From assembly GCA_964291285.2 (NCBI GenBank), contig OZ219788.1:704001-768000 (forward strand): a stretch of DNA of 64,000 bases. Reading direction: 5' to 3'. The notes beneath the pieces were generated by a model. That model did not search any database and was not told the origin of the DNA. It saw nothing but the letters and a program-made list of their open reading frames with translations. Made by a program: the position numbers and the translations under genes. This DNA is from Alphaproteobacteria bacterium (GTDB lineage Bacteria > Pseudomonadota > Alphaproteobacteria > Bin95). Below are positions 19,285-29,842 of the stretch, piece after piece; position 1 is the first letter of the stretch, and each line of letters starts with the position of its first letter.

Positions 19285-21329
19285 ATGACTGGTTCAAGGA
19301 TTCCGGCGGCGGCAGCATCGCGGACGGCAACGGCGGGCACGACTATCTCGAAGGCGGCAATGGGCTGAACATCCTGCGCGGCGGCTGGGGCAACGACATC
19401 CTGGTCGGGAACCAGAAGGACCAGATCTCCGACCGCCTCCATGGCGGGTCCGGGAACGACTTCCTGATCGCGGGCAAGCTCAAGGCGAGCAACCGGCAGG
19501 ACGACGGCACCGGCGCGCTGACCGACGCGACGCGTGGGCGGGGACCGATCTCCAACCAAGCCGGGGATCCGCAGGGAAGCCTCCTCCATGGCGGCCATGG
19601 GGGCGACCATTTCATCCTCAACCCCGACAGCTATGTCTATATCGAGGATTTCCGGCATTGGCACGACTACATCTACGTGACCGGGATCCGGGACGGGGCG
19701 GAGCTCACCATTGTCCACCACCCCGACGGCCACTACGGGAAGGCCCACTTTCGGATCATGCTCGGCAACAAGGTACTCGCCGAGCTCAAGTTCGAGGAGG
19801 AAGTCAATCCCGATGACGCCGAAGCCGTGAGGGTGGCGAAAGGGAAGATTGACGAGTTCCTGGAGACCGCGAGCGGGGACTGGATCAACGGCGACCATAA
19901 TGACAACACCATTCGGGGCACCGCGCATTCCGACCATATCTACGGCCACGGCGGCGAAGACACGCTCACGGGCGGCGCGGGAGACGACGCTCTCGTCGGC
20001 GGCCAAGGCAACGATGTCCTTCGCGGCGAGGACGGCAACGACAGGCTGCAAGGCGGCCGCGGCAACGACACGCTTTGGGGCGGCGCGGGCATGGACTCGC
20101 TGGACGGCGATGGCGGCAACGACCTGCTCTACGGCGGCGGCGGCGACGACGGGCTCTACGGCGGCGACGGCCACGACAGGCTCGATGGCGGCGCCGGCTG
20201 GGACGTGCTCTACGGCGGCGACGGCCGGGACATCTTCGTGATCAGCGAGGGCCGGAGCAGCGACGGGCGCGCTGGCACCATCGGGGACTTCAATGTCAAG
20301 GAGGACTACATCCGGTTGCCGTTCAACGTTTCGTGGGACGATGTCCGGTTTGTCCGGGGCCCGGAGGGGCCCGGGCCGACCACGCACCTTGTCACCGGCA
20401 CCGGCGACTCGCAGAAGGTGCTGGCCCGGTTCGACGAATTCGAGGATCTCACTGCCCAGCAGCTGCAGGAGCTCAAGAACAAGGTCGAGTTCATCTGGGA
20501 CTTCGACCCGAACAAGGAGTATCCGGACCCGCAGGCCGGGAAGACGCTCACGGGCACGAACAGGAAGGACCTGCTCGTCGGCGACAGCGGCAACGACATC
20601 ATCAAGGGTCTGGACGCGTTTGACGTGCTCTACGGGCGCGGCGGCGACGACAGGCTCTTCGGCGGCAATGGCAAGGACACGCTGTATGGCGGCAGCGGCA
20701 GCGACTCGCTGTTCGGGGATGGCAACAACGACATCCTCCACGGCGGCGCCGACGGCGACACGCTGAACGGCGGGGACGGCGCCGACCGGCTGTATGGCGA
20801 AGGCGGCGACGACACGCTGAACGGCGACAATGGCGACGACATGCTGTATGCCGGCGTCGGCAGCGACATGCTGGACGGCGGGAACGGCAACGACCGCCTG
20901 GAAGGCGGCGAGGGCGGTCTCGACGTGCTGGCCGGCGGCGCGGGCGAAGACCGGCTGTTCGGCAACGGCGGCAACGACCGTCTGGAGGGCGGCGAGGGCT
21001 CCGACCGTCTGCGCGGCGGCGAGGGCGCCGACGAGTTCCTGTTCCGCGCCGGCGACGGTGTGGACGTCATCGCCGACTTCGAGGACGGGACCGACACGAT
21101 CGTCTTTCTGGCCCAGACCTGGGCGAATGCCGGGACCGACACGAAGTTCCTTTCGTTCTCCGACCTGGTGCTGACCGACAGCGAGGAGGCGGGCGGCGTG
21201 GTCATCACCTCGGACAAGCTCGCAGGCAACGAGATCATCGTCAGGGGCGTGACGTCCGAGATGCTGACGGCCGACGACTTCGGCTTCCTGACGGTCGATC
21301 AGTACAACGAACACCTCGACATCGGCTGA
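19284..21329 (+). pseudogene. RTX Ca-binding repeat protein 2, 5'-truncated by IS1380
   Basis: Frame is open from the IS border (DDWFKDSGGG...GGHDYLEGGNG...) into ORF 19677-21329, with many nonapeptides and ADDFGF near the C-terminus. Confidence 0.85.
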
Positions 21330-21762
21330 GCCGCTTCCGGCCAGCGGTAAGACTGCGGCCGCTCCTCGGCGAGGGGCGGCCGCAACTGCGATTACCGCAA
21401 TCAGGGCAGGGGGCAGCCGGCGCCAACCGGTTTGCCGGCAGACCGCAAGCCCGGTGGACGGGCCGCCAGGGCGATGCGGGAGCGGGCGGTTTCGTGAGGG
21501 CCATGTCCCTGTCGCGGGAACAGTCTCTGTTGCGTCTGTTTGCACGGGGCGTGCCGCAGCCGGGTACCAGCCGGCATGCATGCCGCGCCGCGCGAAATTT
21601 TTTTCATCATGCCACAGGGGGCGCATGCGGGGCCTGCCGTGTCCTGGAGGGGACAGGCTGTTGATTCCGCACAGGAAATCCCCTTGCTGCACCGTTTGAC
21701 AATGCCATTTCGCAGGGACAAATCTGCTCCCGGAGACGCGGTTGTGCGGGGGAGCGGCAGGC

Positions 21763-21975
21763 ATGGAGACAGGCAGCGACGACGGCGCGCGCGGGGACCT
21801 TCGCCGCGCCGCCGCCAACGACAATCCTGCCCCGGACAGCGGGCCGGAAGCCCGGATCGAGGCCGCAGCGCTACGCCTCGCCCGCTTGCTGGGCCGGCAG
21901 ATCGCGCGCGAGCGCTTCGAGGCGGGCCGCGCCGCCAACGACAATGCGCCGGCGGACGAGGCCGGCGACGGATAG
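21763..21975 (+). CDS. Small protein of the type found beside alphaproteobacterial serine recombinases
   Basis: LARLLGRQIARERFE core flanked by two AANDN motifs; RBS GGGGAG. Confidence 0.6.
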   Translation: METGSDDGARGDLRRAAANDNPAPDSGPEARIEAAALRLARLLGRQIARERFEAGRAANDNAPADEAGDG

Positions 21976-22271
21976 GTGACCCGGACCCGTGACCCCGCGC
22001 GCGGCGTCCTGGGCCCGCTACAGCCCGAGCCGTTCGAACGTCCGAAGCGGCAGGTACAGGCGCAGCGGCCGCGACGGGAACGGCACGAAGCCGTACCGCT
22101 CGTAGAAGGCGCTGGCGCGGTCGTGCAGCGCATCGACCACGACGGCATAGACGCCGATGGTGTCGCCCGCGCGGACGACCCGATGGATCGCATCGAGCAG
22201 CAGGGTCTCGCCGAGCCCGCTTCCCTGACTGCGAAGATCGACGTAAGCGGTGCGGGGGAGGCACCCGGCTT

Positions 22272-23891
22272 TCAGCTTGACGGCGTCTGGAAGTTCCAGG
22301 GCAGGAGTTCGTCGATGCGGCTGTTGGGATGACCTGCCGCGATCTTTTCGAGCGTGATCTTGAGCCAGGCGTAGGGCTCGACACCGTTCATCTTCGCCGT
22401 CTCGATGAGCGAGCCGATGCGGCCCCAGGAGCGCGCGCCCTCGTCGTGGCCGGCGAACAACGCATTTTTCGCGGTGAGCTTGATCGGCCGGATCCGATTT
22501 TCGACGAAGTTGCTGTCCATCTCGACGCGCCCGTCGTGCAGGAAGACCAGCAGCCCGTCCCACTGGTTGGCGATGTAGGTCAACTTCTCGCCGAGGCGGG
22601 ACTTGGGCGAGACGCGCGAGCGCTGCTCGTCGAGCCACACCCCGAAGGCGTTCACCAGCGGCGCGGACCCGGTCCAGCGGACGAACTGGCGCGTCGCCGG
22701 CTCCTCACCCCGGATCCTGTCCTCGATCCTGTAGAGCTGCGCGATGCGCTCCAGTCCGGCCTTCGCGATCGGCGAGCGGCTGCTGTCGAACACCGTCTCA
22801 AGGCCGCGCCTGGCGTGTGCCCAACAGGCACAGAGCGTCAGCGCCCCGCCCGGGCGATCCGCCCGGCCGAGCCGGTTGTGGCCGGCATAGCCGTCGACCT
22901 GCACCGATCCCTGGAAGCCCTCGAGGAGCTTCTCGCCATGCTTGCCGCTGCGCCCGGGCGCATACTCATACGCCACCCCCGGCGGGTCCGCCCCGGACCA
23001 GGCCCGCTGGTCGCGCACCATGGTCCACAGATAGCCGGTTTTGGTCTTGCCCCGGCCCGGGTCGAGAACCCGAACCGTGGTTTCGTCCAGACCCAGGGTG
23101 CTCGACGTCTTCAGCGCCGTCTTCAGGCGCTCATACACGGGGCGCAAGTGGAACGCCGCCTTGCCGACCCAGCCGGCCAGCGTCGAGCGGTCCAGTTGCA
23201 GCCCCGAGCGGGCATGGATCCGGGCCTGGCGGTACAGCGGAAGGTGGTCGGCATATTTGGAGATCAGGACATGGGCGATGGCGCCTTCGGTCGGCAGCCC
23301 ACCCTCGATCAGCCGCGCCGGCGCCGGCGCCTGGGTAACGCCTTCCTCGCACTTGCGGCAGGCGTATTTCGGGCGCACCGTGACGATCACCCGCAACTGC
23401 GCCGGCACGATGTCGAGCCTCTCGGCGCGGTCCTCGCCGATCTTCACCATCTCCCCGCAGCCGCAGGGGCACAGCGTGCTCTCCGGCTCGATCACCTGCT
23501 CGATCCGTTCCAGGTGCTCCGGCAAATGGCCGGGATTGCGCTCCGGGCGGGGCTTCCTCGGTGCGCGCGGCGGCGACGGATTGTCGGCCGCGACCTGTGC
23601 TTCCCCCTCCGCAGACGCGCCCTCCAGCTCCTCGAACGCCAGCTGGCGCTCGTCCGCCGACAGCTTCTCCGACCTCTTGCCATACACAAGGCGGACCAGT
23701 TCAAGGTTCAGATGCTCCAGACGGCGGATGCGCGCCGACAGCGCCTCATTCTCACCCGCGAGGCAGACCTTCTCTTCCGTCAGCGTCCTGTTCTCGGTGC
23801 GAAGCGTCTCCAGAGCCGCAAGCGCCTGCCTCGCAGCCGCGGCCTGTTCCGGCGTCAGCGTGTCGAGGTCCATCTCCGCAAGCGCTGCCAT
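22272..23891 (-). CDS. tnpC: IS66 transposase TnpC
   Basis: YGKRSEK, CPCGC, DHLPLYRQ, LDET, CWAHARR, DSNFVENRIR, LLPW. Confidence 0.95.
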   Translation of the reverse strand: MAALAEMDLDTLTPEQAAAARQALAALETLRTENRTLTEEKVCLAGENEALSARIRRLEHLNLELVRLVYGKRSEKLSADERQLAFEELEGASAEGEAQVAADNPSPPRAPRKPRPERNPGHLPEHLERIEQVIEPESTLCPCGCGEMVKIGEDRAERLDIVPAQLRVIVTVRPKYACRKCEEGVTQAPAPARLIEGGLPTEGAIAHVLISKYADHLPLYRQARIHARSGLQLDRSTLAGWVGKAAFHLRPVYERLKTALKTSSTLGLDETTVRVLDPGRGKTKTGYLWTMVRDQRAWSGADPPGVAYEYAPGRSGKHGEKLLEGFQGSVQVDGYAGHNRLGRADRPGGALTLCACWAHARRGLETVFDSSRSPIAKAGLERIAQLYRIEDRIRGEEPATRQFVRWTGSAPLVNAFGVWLDEQRSRVSPKSRLGEKLTYIANQWDGLLVFLHDGRVEMDSNFVENRIRPIKLTAKNALFAGHDEGARSWGRIGSLIETAKMNGVEPYAWLKITLEKIAAGHPNSRIDELLPWNFQTPSS

Positions 23892-23942
23892 GGCCCGCTC
23901 GATAGCACAGTGTCGGGGAGCCGGGGGCCCCGATCCGCTGAG

Positions 23943-24296
23943 TCATTCCGCCTCAGCCGGGGCCCGGACGGACAGCGCCCGAACACGACGCCAGTCCAGC
24001 CCGCAGAACAGCGCCTCGAACTGTGCATGGTTCAGCGTCATGACACCGTCGCGGATCGCAGGCCACACGAAGCCCTGATCCTCCAGACGCTTGTAGACCA
24101 TCACCAACCCGGTCCCGTCATGGAAGACGAGCTTCAGCCTGTCGCTTCGTTTTGCCCTGAAGAGGAAGACCGTTCCCGTGAACGGGTCCTTGCGCAACAC
24201 GCTCTTCACATGCGCAACAAGGCCGTCGTGCTGCTTCCTGAAGTCCACGGGCTTCGTCGCAACGACGATCCGCACACGGTTCGATGGGAAGATCAT
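23943..24296 (-). CDS. tnpB: IS66 accessory protein TnpB
   Basis: PVDFRK.HDGL, DGTGLVMVYKRLE. Confidence 0.95.
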   Translation of the reverse strand: MIFPSNRVRIVVATKPVDFRKQHDGLVAHVKSVLRKDPFTGTVFLFRAKRSDRLKLVFHDGTGLVMVYKRLEDQGFVWPAIRDGVMTLNHAQFEALFCGLDWRRVRALSVRAPAEAE

Positions 24297-24679
24297 GACG
24301 CCGCGTTCAGCGCAGAAACGATCTCCGCCAACCGTCCCGCCGGCACGGCCGCGTCCAGACGGACCGTAACCCTGTCCATAACGACTTCCAGACGCGCGCC
24401 GCTCGCCTCACCGACACCGCTACCCTCCGCCCGGACAACCAGCGGCGCAAACGCCACTTCCGCCGCAGGCAAAACAAGCCGACCTTCCCGCGCCAGGCGA
24501 CGCCAGCCCGTCAACCGGTTCGCATGGACGCCATGTCTGCGCGCAACCTCGCGAACCGTCGCACCCGGCTCCAGCGTCTCCGCCACAATCCGCCCCTTCA
24601 AATCATCCGGCCAGCGACGACGACCGCCTCCAACCGGAAGCACTTCTACGCTCCTGAGTGTCTCAACTGAGCCCAACAT
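24293..24679 (-). CDS. tnpA: IS66 TnpA (HTH)
   Basis: RRRWPDDLKGRIVAETLEPGATVREVARRHG; RBS GGAGG before ATG 24679. Confidence 0.9.
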   Translation of the reverse strand: MLGSVETLRSVEVLPVGGGRRRWPDDLKGRIVAETLEPGATVREVARRHGVHANRLTGWRRLAREGRLVLPAAEVAFAPLVVRAEGSGVGEASGARLEVVMDRVTVRLDAAVPAGRLAEIVSALNAAS

Positions 24680-25050
24680 TGTGAAACTCACCTCCTGCTC
24701 AAATCACAGAAGGGGAAGCCCAAATCACGCCTGCAACTGGAAGGGGGCTCAGCCGCCCCGCTTACAGATCGACGGCCAGCCGCCCGATGACGGCCGCCGG
24801 CACGGGATAGTGCGGCAGCCGCCGGGCGAGGTCCGCCGGCAGGTTGTCCTTCTCGAAGCTTGCCGCGCTCAGCGTGTAGTAGCCGGCGATCCGTTCCGAC
24901 GGGTCGCCCGGTGCGACGAACACCCGCGCGACGCGCCGCCGGGCGTCCTGGGAAGCTTGCCGGCGGATGTAGCGGTCGAGCGACGGCTCCCCGCAGGAGA
25001 AGGTCGCGCGGTCGTGATGCGGGCCGGGCGGCTCGACCGTCAGCGGCGCT

Positions 25051-25335
25051 TCATCCACCGATGCGCTCGCGGTAACGGCGCGCGGCGCGGCGCAGCGCCG
25101 CGTTCGGCGCGGGCGGGTTGAGCAGCGCGTCGTGGAAGGCGTCCCAGTCCGTCGCCGGGAGGACGATCCGCTCGCGCGCCTCGATCACCCGCTCGGCCTC
25201 GGCTACGGCGCTGTGCAGCACGAAACGGCTGACCGTGGTTTCCTCGTAGGCCGCCGCGCGTTCGAGCTTGCGCTTGCTCCTGGCGTCGAGGCGCAGGTGG
25301 ACCCGCTCGTGCTTCGTCTCGGCTGTTTCGGCCAT
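25051..25335 (-). CDS. DUF1778 RHH antitoxin (TacA/AtaR-like)
   Basis: ERVHLRL...LERAA...VSRFVL...WDAFHDALLNPPAPNAAL; overlaps the toxin start. Confidence 0.9.
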   Translation of the reverse strand: MAETAETKHERVHLRLDARSKRKLERAAAYEETTVSRFVLHSAVAEAERVIEARERIVLPATDWDAFHDALLNPPAPNAALRRAARRYRERIGG

Positions 25336-25440
25336 TACGATGTCTCCCGCGTGAGTTGACGATAGACATATGCGCCATATTGGCGCACATTGCAGCTGTG
25401 TCGGCGGAGGACGCCGGTGAGAGACAGGAGAACCGGGACC

Positions 25441-27129
25441 ATGACCCTTCGCTGTGCGCTTTACGCCCGCTATTCGTCCGACCAGCAGCGGCCGGCCTCC
25501 ATCGAGGACCAGTTCCGGGTCTGCCGCGAGCACGCGGAGCGCGAGGGCTGGAAGATCGTCGGCACGTACAGGGACTCCGCCATCTCGGGAGACAGCGTGA
25601 TCCTCCGGCCCGGCGTCCAGGCGCTTCTGGAGGACGCGCGGCGGGGCGCGTTCGAGATCGTCGTCGCCGAGGCCCTCGACCGGATCAGCCGCGACCAGGC
25701 CGATGTTGCGACCCTCTACAAGCATCTGCGCTTCGCCAGCGTGACGATCTTCACGCTCGCGGCGGGCGAAGGCGAGATCAACGAGCTTCACGTCGGCCTC
25801 AAGGGGACCATGAACGCGCTCTTCCTGAAGGACCTCGCGGCGAAGACGCACCGGGGGCTCCGGGGCCGCGTCGAGGCCGGCAAGTCGGGCGGCGGCATCT
25901 GCTACGGCTACGACGTGGTGAAGCTGCACGACGAGGCCGGCGAGCGCATCCGGGGCGAGCGGGAGATCAACGAGGCCGAGGCGGAGATCGTCCGGCGCAT
26001 CTTCCGCGAGTTCGCCGCCGGCGCCAGCCCGCGCGCCATCGCGCGGCGCCTCAACGACGAGGGCATCCCCGGCGCCAAGGGCAGGCTCTGGAGCGACTCC
26101 GTCCTGCGCGGCCACGCCAGGCGCGGCACCGGGCTGCTCAACAACGAGCTCTATATCGGCCGGCTGGTGTGGAACCGCCAGCGCTTCCTGAAGAACCCGG
26201 ACACCGGCAAGCGGGTCGCGCGCGTCAACCCGCCCGAGGAATGGATAATCGCCGAGGTTCCGGAGCTCCGCATCGTCGACGATGCGCTGTGGCAGGACGC
26301 CAAGGCCCGGCAGGGAGAGCTTGCCGAGAAATACGCCACCGCCATCGCGGCGACGCGGAACGCCCACGCCAACCGCATGAACGCCGCCCACCGGCCGCGT
26401 TACCTGCTCTCCGGGCTGCTCGAATGCGGCGTCTGCGGCGGCCCCTATTCCATGCGCGGACAGGGCCGCTACGGCTGCTCTGACCACGTCATGACGGGCT
26501 CGTGCGCCAACAGCCGGACCATCCGGCGCGTCGAGATCGAGGAGCGGGTGCTGGCGGGGCTGAAGGACAAGCTGATGGAGCCCGAGGCCGCCGCCGAAGC
26601 GATGAAAGCGTATGCCGGGGAGACCAACCGGCTCAACCGCGAGCGCCGCGCGTCGGGCGCGAGCGACCGCGCGGAGCTGGCCGGGATCGAGAAGAAGATC
26701 GCGTCGATGCTCGACGCCATTGAGGAGGGTGGCTACGTGCGGGGTATGTCCGACCGGCTCCGCGAGCTGGAGGCCCGCCAGGACGAGATCAACGAACGGC
26801 TGTCAGCCGCTCCGGTCGACATCCCGGACGTTCACCCCAACATTGCCGGCGTCTACCGCCGCAAGGTGGAGCGGCTCGCGGAGGCGCTGGCCGATCCCCG
26901 CGACCGCGACCAGGCGGCGGAAGCCATAAGGGGGCTGATCGAGCGGATCGTGCTGACCCCCGGCGCGAAACGTGGCGAGTTGCACGCCGCGCTCCATGGC
27001 GACCTCGGCACCATCCTCGAATGGGCCGGGAGCGGCAGGGCGAAGGGAGCGACCGACATCCTGCGAGGCAGAATGTCGGTCTCGGTGGTAGCGGGGGAGG
27101 GATTTGAACCCCCGACCCAGGGATTATGA
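25441..27129 (+). CDS. Large serine recombinase
   Basis: YARYSS, SIEDQ, LDRISRD, recombinase domain, zinc ribbon LLSGLLECGVCG; C-terminus VAGEGFEPPT is antisense tRNA sequence. Confidence 0.95.
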   Translation: MTLRCALYARYSSDQQRPASIEDQFRVCREHAEREGWKIVGTYRDSAISGDSVILRPGVQALLEDARRGAFEIVVAEALDRISRDQADVATLYKHLRFASVTIFTLAAGEGEINELHVGLKGTMNALFLKDLAAKTHRGLRGRVEAGKSGGGICYGYDVVKLHDEAGERIRGEREINEAEAEIVRRIFREFAAGASPRAIARRLNDEGIPGAKGRLWSDSVLRGHARRGTGLLNNELYIGRLVWNRQRFLKNPDTGKRVARVNPPEEWIIAEVPELRIVDDALWQDAKARQGELAEKYATAIAATRNAHANRMNAAHRPRYLLSGLLECGVCGGPYSMRGQGRYGCSDHVMTGSCANSRTIRRVEIEERVLAGLKDKLMEPEAAAEAMKAYAGETNRLNRERRASGASDRAELAGIEKKIASMLDAIEEGGYVRGMSDRLRELEARQDEINERLSAAPVDIPDVHPNIAGVYRRKVERLAEALADPRDRDQAAEAIRGLIERIVLTPGAKRGELHAALHGDLGTILEWAGSGRAKGATDILRGRMSVSVVAGEGFEPPTQGL

Positions 27130-27160
27130 TTCCCCTGCTCTACCGCTGAGCTACCCCGCC
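27086..27160 (-). tRNA. tRNA-Met (CAT), elongator type; island integration site
   Basis: GGCGGGGTAGCTCAGCGGTAGAGCAGGGGAATCATAATCCCT...GGTTCAAATCC...CGCTACCA. Confidence 0.93.
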
Positions 27161-27220
27161 GAAGGACCGGCCTTTTAGGCGCTGGCGCTTGCGCCGTCAA
27201 CGGGATCGGCCGATCCTGCG

Positions 27221-27640
27221 GTGATGAAGAAGACGGCCCTTCTGCTGCTCGCCGGTTTCCTGCTGGCCGCCCACGGAGGCGCGACCGGCATCGTCAAGCA
27301 GCGCATGGACGCCATGGTCGATATCGGCCGCGCGACGAAGACCATCCGCGACGCGGTCCGGCGTTCCGAGCCGGACGCGGTCCGGAACGCTGCGGCGCGG
27401 ATCGCCGGGCACGCGGCGGAGATCCCGAAGCTGTTCCCGGACGGCAGCTTCCACCACCCTTCGGAAGCTCTGCCGGCGATTTCGGCCGACCGGGCGGCAT
27501 TCGATGCGCTTGCGGCGAAGCTTGCCCTCGCCGCCGAAGACCTGGCCGCGAATGCGGACGCGCCCCGCGAGGCGGCGCGGCGGCTCGCTGACGCCTGCAA
27601 ACAGTGCCACACGCGCTTCCGGCTGGAGAAGAAGCGCTGA
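27221..27640 (+). CDS. Cytochrome c' / c556 (class II)
   Basis: Signal peptide, helical body, C-terminal CKQCH. Confidence 0.88.
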   Translation: MMKKTALLLLAGFLLAAHGGATGIVKQRMDAMVDIGRATKTIRDAVRRSEPDAVRNAAARIAGHAAEIPKLFPDGSFHHPSEALPAISADRAAFDALAAKLALAAEDLAANADAPREAARRLADACKQCHTRFRLEKKR

Positions 27641-27655
27641 GCCGGCGGCGGGCGC

Positions 27656-28291
27656 TCAGCCGAACACCTCTTCGAAGCCGGCCCGGAGCGCCGAGTCGAC
27701 CTCGGGCATGGAGGCGGTGATGCCCTCGGCCGCGAGCGAGGTGACCTCGAACCCTCCGATGCCGCAGGGCACGATGCCGTCGAAATGCTCCAGTTCCGGC
27801 TCGACATTGAGCGCGATGCCGTGGAACGCGACCCACCGGCGCACCCGCACCCCGAGCGCCGCGATCTTGCGCTCGGTACTGCCGCGGCGGACCCAGACGC
27901 CGATGCGCCCCTCCCGCCGTTCGCCGACGAGGCCGAAGCGCGCCACCGTCCGGATCAGCCAGTCCTCGAGGCCGCATACATAGTCGCGCACGCCGAGCCC
28001 GCGCGCCTGGAGGTCGAGCATGGCGTAGGCGATGCGCTGGCCCGGCCCGTGATAGGTGTAGCGCCCGCCGCGCCCCGTCCCGAACACCGGGAAGCGGTCC
28101 GGCGCCAGCAGTTCCGCGGGGTCGGCGGAGGTGCCGGCCGTGTAGAGCGGCGGATGCTCCAGCAGCCAGACAAGGTCCGGCGCCCCGTCCTGCCGGATGG
28201 CGCGGACCCGTTCCTCCATCGCCGCGACCGCCGCCTCGTAGCCGACGGGCCGGTCGTCGATGCGCCATTCCACCGGCCTTGAAAGCGCCAT
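27656..28291 (-). CDS. lipB: Lipoyl(octanoyl) transferase
   Basis: [34 protein letters not shown]. Confidence 0.96.
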   Translation of the reverse strand: MALSRPVEWRIDDRPVGYEAAVAAMEERVRAIRQDGAPDLVWLLEHPPLYTAGTSADPAELLAPDRFPVFGTGRGGRYTYHGPGQRIAYAMLDLQARGLGVRDYVCGLEDWLIRTVARFGLVGERREGRIGVWVRRGSTERKIAALGVRVRRWVAFHGIALNVEPELEHFDGIVPCGIGGFEVTSLAAEGITASMPEVDSALRAGFEEVFG

Positions 28292-28348
28292 CGCGATTTG
28301 CTATCCCGCCCCCGCCTTGAGACGGGCAGTCTAGCGCGTCTCCGAGAT

Positions 28349-28435
28349 GCGGTCGTGGCGGAATTGGTAGACGCGCAGCGTTGAGGTCGCTGTGGGGGCA
28401 ACCCCGTGGAAGTTCGAGTCTTCTCGACCGCACCA
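28349..28435 (+). tRNA. tRNA-Leu (GAG)
   Basis: GCGGTCGTGGCGGAATTGGTAGACGCG CAGCG TTGAGGT CGCTG, long variable arm, CCA end. Confidence 0.95.
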
Positions 28436-28462
28436 TGAGCCCGGGATGCGCGGAGGGATACG

Positions 28463-29842
28463 ATGGCTGAGCCCCATACGGTCCCGCGCGCCGATGACCG
28501 GGCCGACGAGGCTCTGGCGCTGACGCCGGACCTGGTCCGGCAGGTTCTTGAGGCAGGCGACGCCGAGGCCGTCCGCGCCCGGCTCGCTCCCCTCCACGCC
28601 GCCGATGTCGCGGACCTTCTGGAACGCATAGCACCGGACGAGCGCTCCGCCGTGCTCGAAGCGCTGCGCGGCGCGCTCGACCCCGACATCCTCGCTGAGC
28701 TCGACGAGACGGTGCGCGGCGAAGTCGTGGAGCAGATGGCGCCGCAGGAGCTTGCGCAGGCCGTCGCCCGGCTCGACGACGACGATGCCGTGGAAGTCGT
28801 CGCCGACCTCGACGAGGAGACCCGCCGGGAAATTCTGGCGCGCCTGCCGCAGGCGGACCGGCTGGCGGTCGAACAGGCGCTGACCTTCGAAGAGGACACC
28901 GTCGGGCGGCTCATGCAGCGTGCGACGGTCGTCGTGCCCGCCTACTGGACCGTCGGCGAGACCATCGACTATCTGCGCGCGGACGCCTCCCTGCCGGACG
29001 CATTCTTCGACATCTTCGTGGTGGACCCGCGCCACCGCCCGGTCGGAAGCCTTCCGCTCTCGCGCATCCTGCGCAACCGCCGGCCGGTCGGGCTGGCGGA
29101 GATCATGGACGACGAACCTGTCGTGCTGCCGGTCGCCATGGACCAGGAGGAAGCGGCATTCCTCTTCCGCCAGCAGGACCTGACTTCGGCGCCGGTGGTC
29201 GATGAATCGGGGCGGCTCGCGGGCGTGCTCACCATCGACGACGTGGTCGATGTCATGGACGAGGAGCACGAGGACGACATCCTGAAACTGGGCGGCGTCT
29301 ATGAGGACGACCTCTACCATGCCGCGGCGGCCACGGCGGCGAAGCGCTTTCCCTGGCTGCTCATCAATCTCGGCACGGCGGTGCTCGCCTCCGTCGTCAT
29401 CGCGCAGTTCGAGGCCGCCATCGAGGCCCTGGTCGCGCTGGCCGTGCTGATGCCCATCGTCGCCTCGATGGGCGGCAATGCCGGCACGCAGACGCTTACC
29501 GTGGCCGTCCGCGCGCTCGCGACCAGGGAGCTTTCGGCCACCAACGCCATGCGCATCCTCGTCAAGGAAGTGCTGGTTGGCGGCTTCAGCGGGATGCTGT
29601 TCGCCGTCATCGCGGCGGCGCTGACCTTCGCCTGGTTTGGAAACTGGCAACTGGGCGCGGTGATCGCGGCGGCGATGGTCGTCAACCTGCTGGTCGCGGG
29701 CCTCTCCGGCGTCGCCATCCCGCTTGCCCTGGACCGGATGCGGATCGACCCCGCCATCGCGTCTTCGGTGGTGCTGACGACCGTCACGGACGTGGTCGGT
29801 TTCTTCGCCTTCCTGGGCCTCGCCGCCGCGGTGCTGCTGTGA
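28463..29842 (+). CDS. mgtE: Magnesium transporter
   Basis: MgtE N domain, CBS pair, MPIVASMGGNAGTQ, DPAIAS. Confidence 0.96.
   Translation: MAEPHTVPRADDRADEALALTPDLVRQVLEAGDAEAVRARLAPLHAADVADLLERIAPDERSAVLEALRGALDPDILAELDETVRGEVVEQMAPQELAQAVARLDDDDAVEVVADLDEETRREILARLPQADRLAVEQALTFEEDTVGRLMQRATVVVPAYWTVGETIDYLRADASLPDAFFDIFVVDPRHRPVGSLPLSRILRNRRPVGLAEIMDDEPVVLPVAMDQEEAAFLFRQQDLTSAPVVDESGRLAGVLTIDDVVDVMDEEHEDDILKLGGVYEDDLYHAAAATAAKRFPWLLINLGTAVLASVVIAQFEAAIEALVALAVLMPIVASMGGNAGTQTLTVAVRALATRELSATNAMRILVKEVLVGGFSGMLFAVIAAALTFAWFGNWQLGAVIAAAMVVNLLVAGLSGVAIPLALDRMRIDPAIASSVVLTTVTDVVGFFAFLGLAAAVLL

Larger units (their letters stand above)
22243..24765 (-). mobile_element. Complete IS66 element
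   Basis: GTAAGCGG termini; 8-bp TSD AGATCGAC at 22235-22242 and 24766-24773; tnpABC. Confidence 0.95.
22018..25058 (-). pseudogene. GNAT toxin (AtaT/TacT-like) split by IS66
   Basis: N-half FSCGEPSLDRY...IGRLAVDL (25058-24766) and C-half RSQGSGLGETLL...FYERYGF (22234-22018) rejoin in frame. Confidence 0.92.

Noticed and set aside
19236-22193. 985-aa minus-strand ORF, and similar long ORFs at 12336-14522, 22329-25121, 29314-32847, 33104-35296 and 61330-63231
   Set aside because: Antisense or off-frame shadows of well-supported genes in high-GC DNA; no recognisable motifs
1-27085. Second att site (duplicated tRNA-Met 3' end) bounding the island
   Set aside because: Not found by eye in the window
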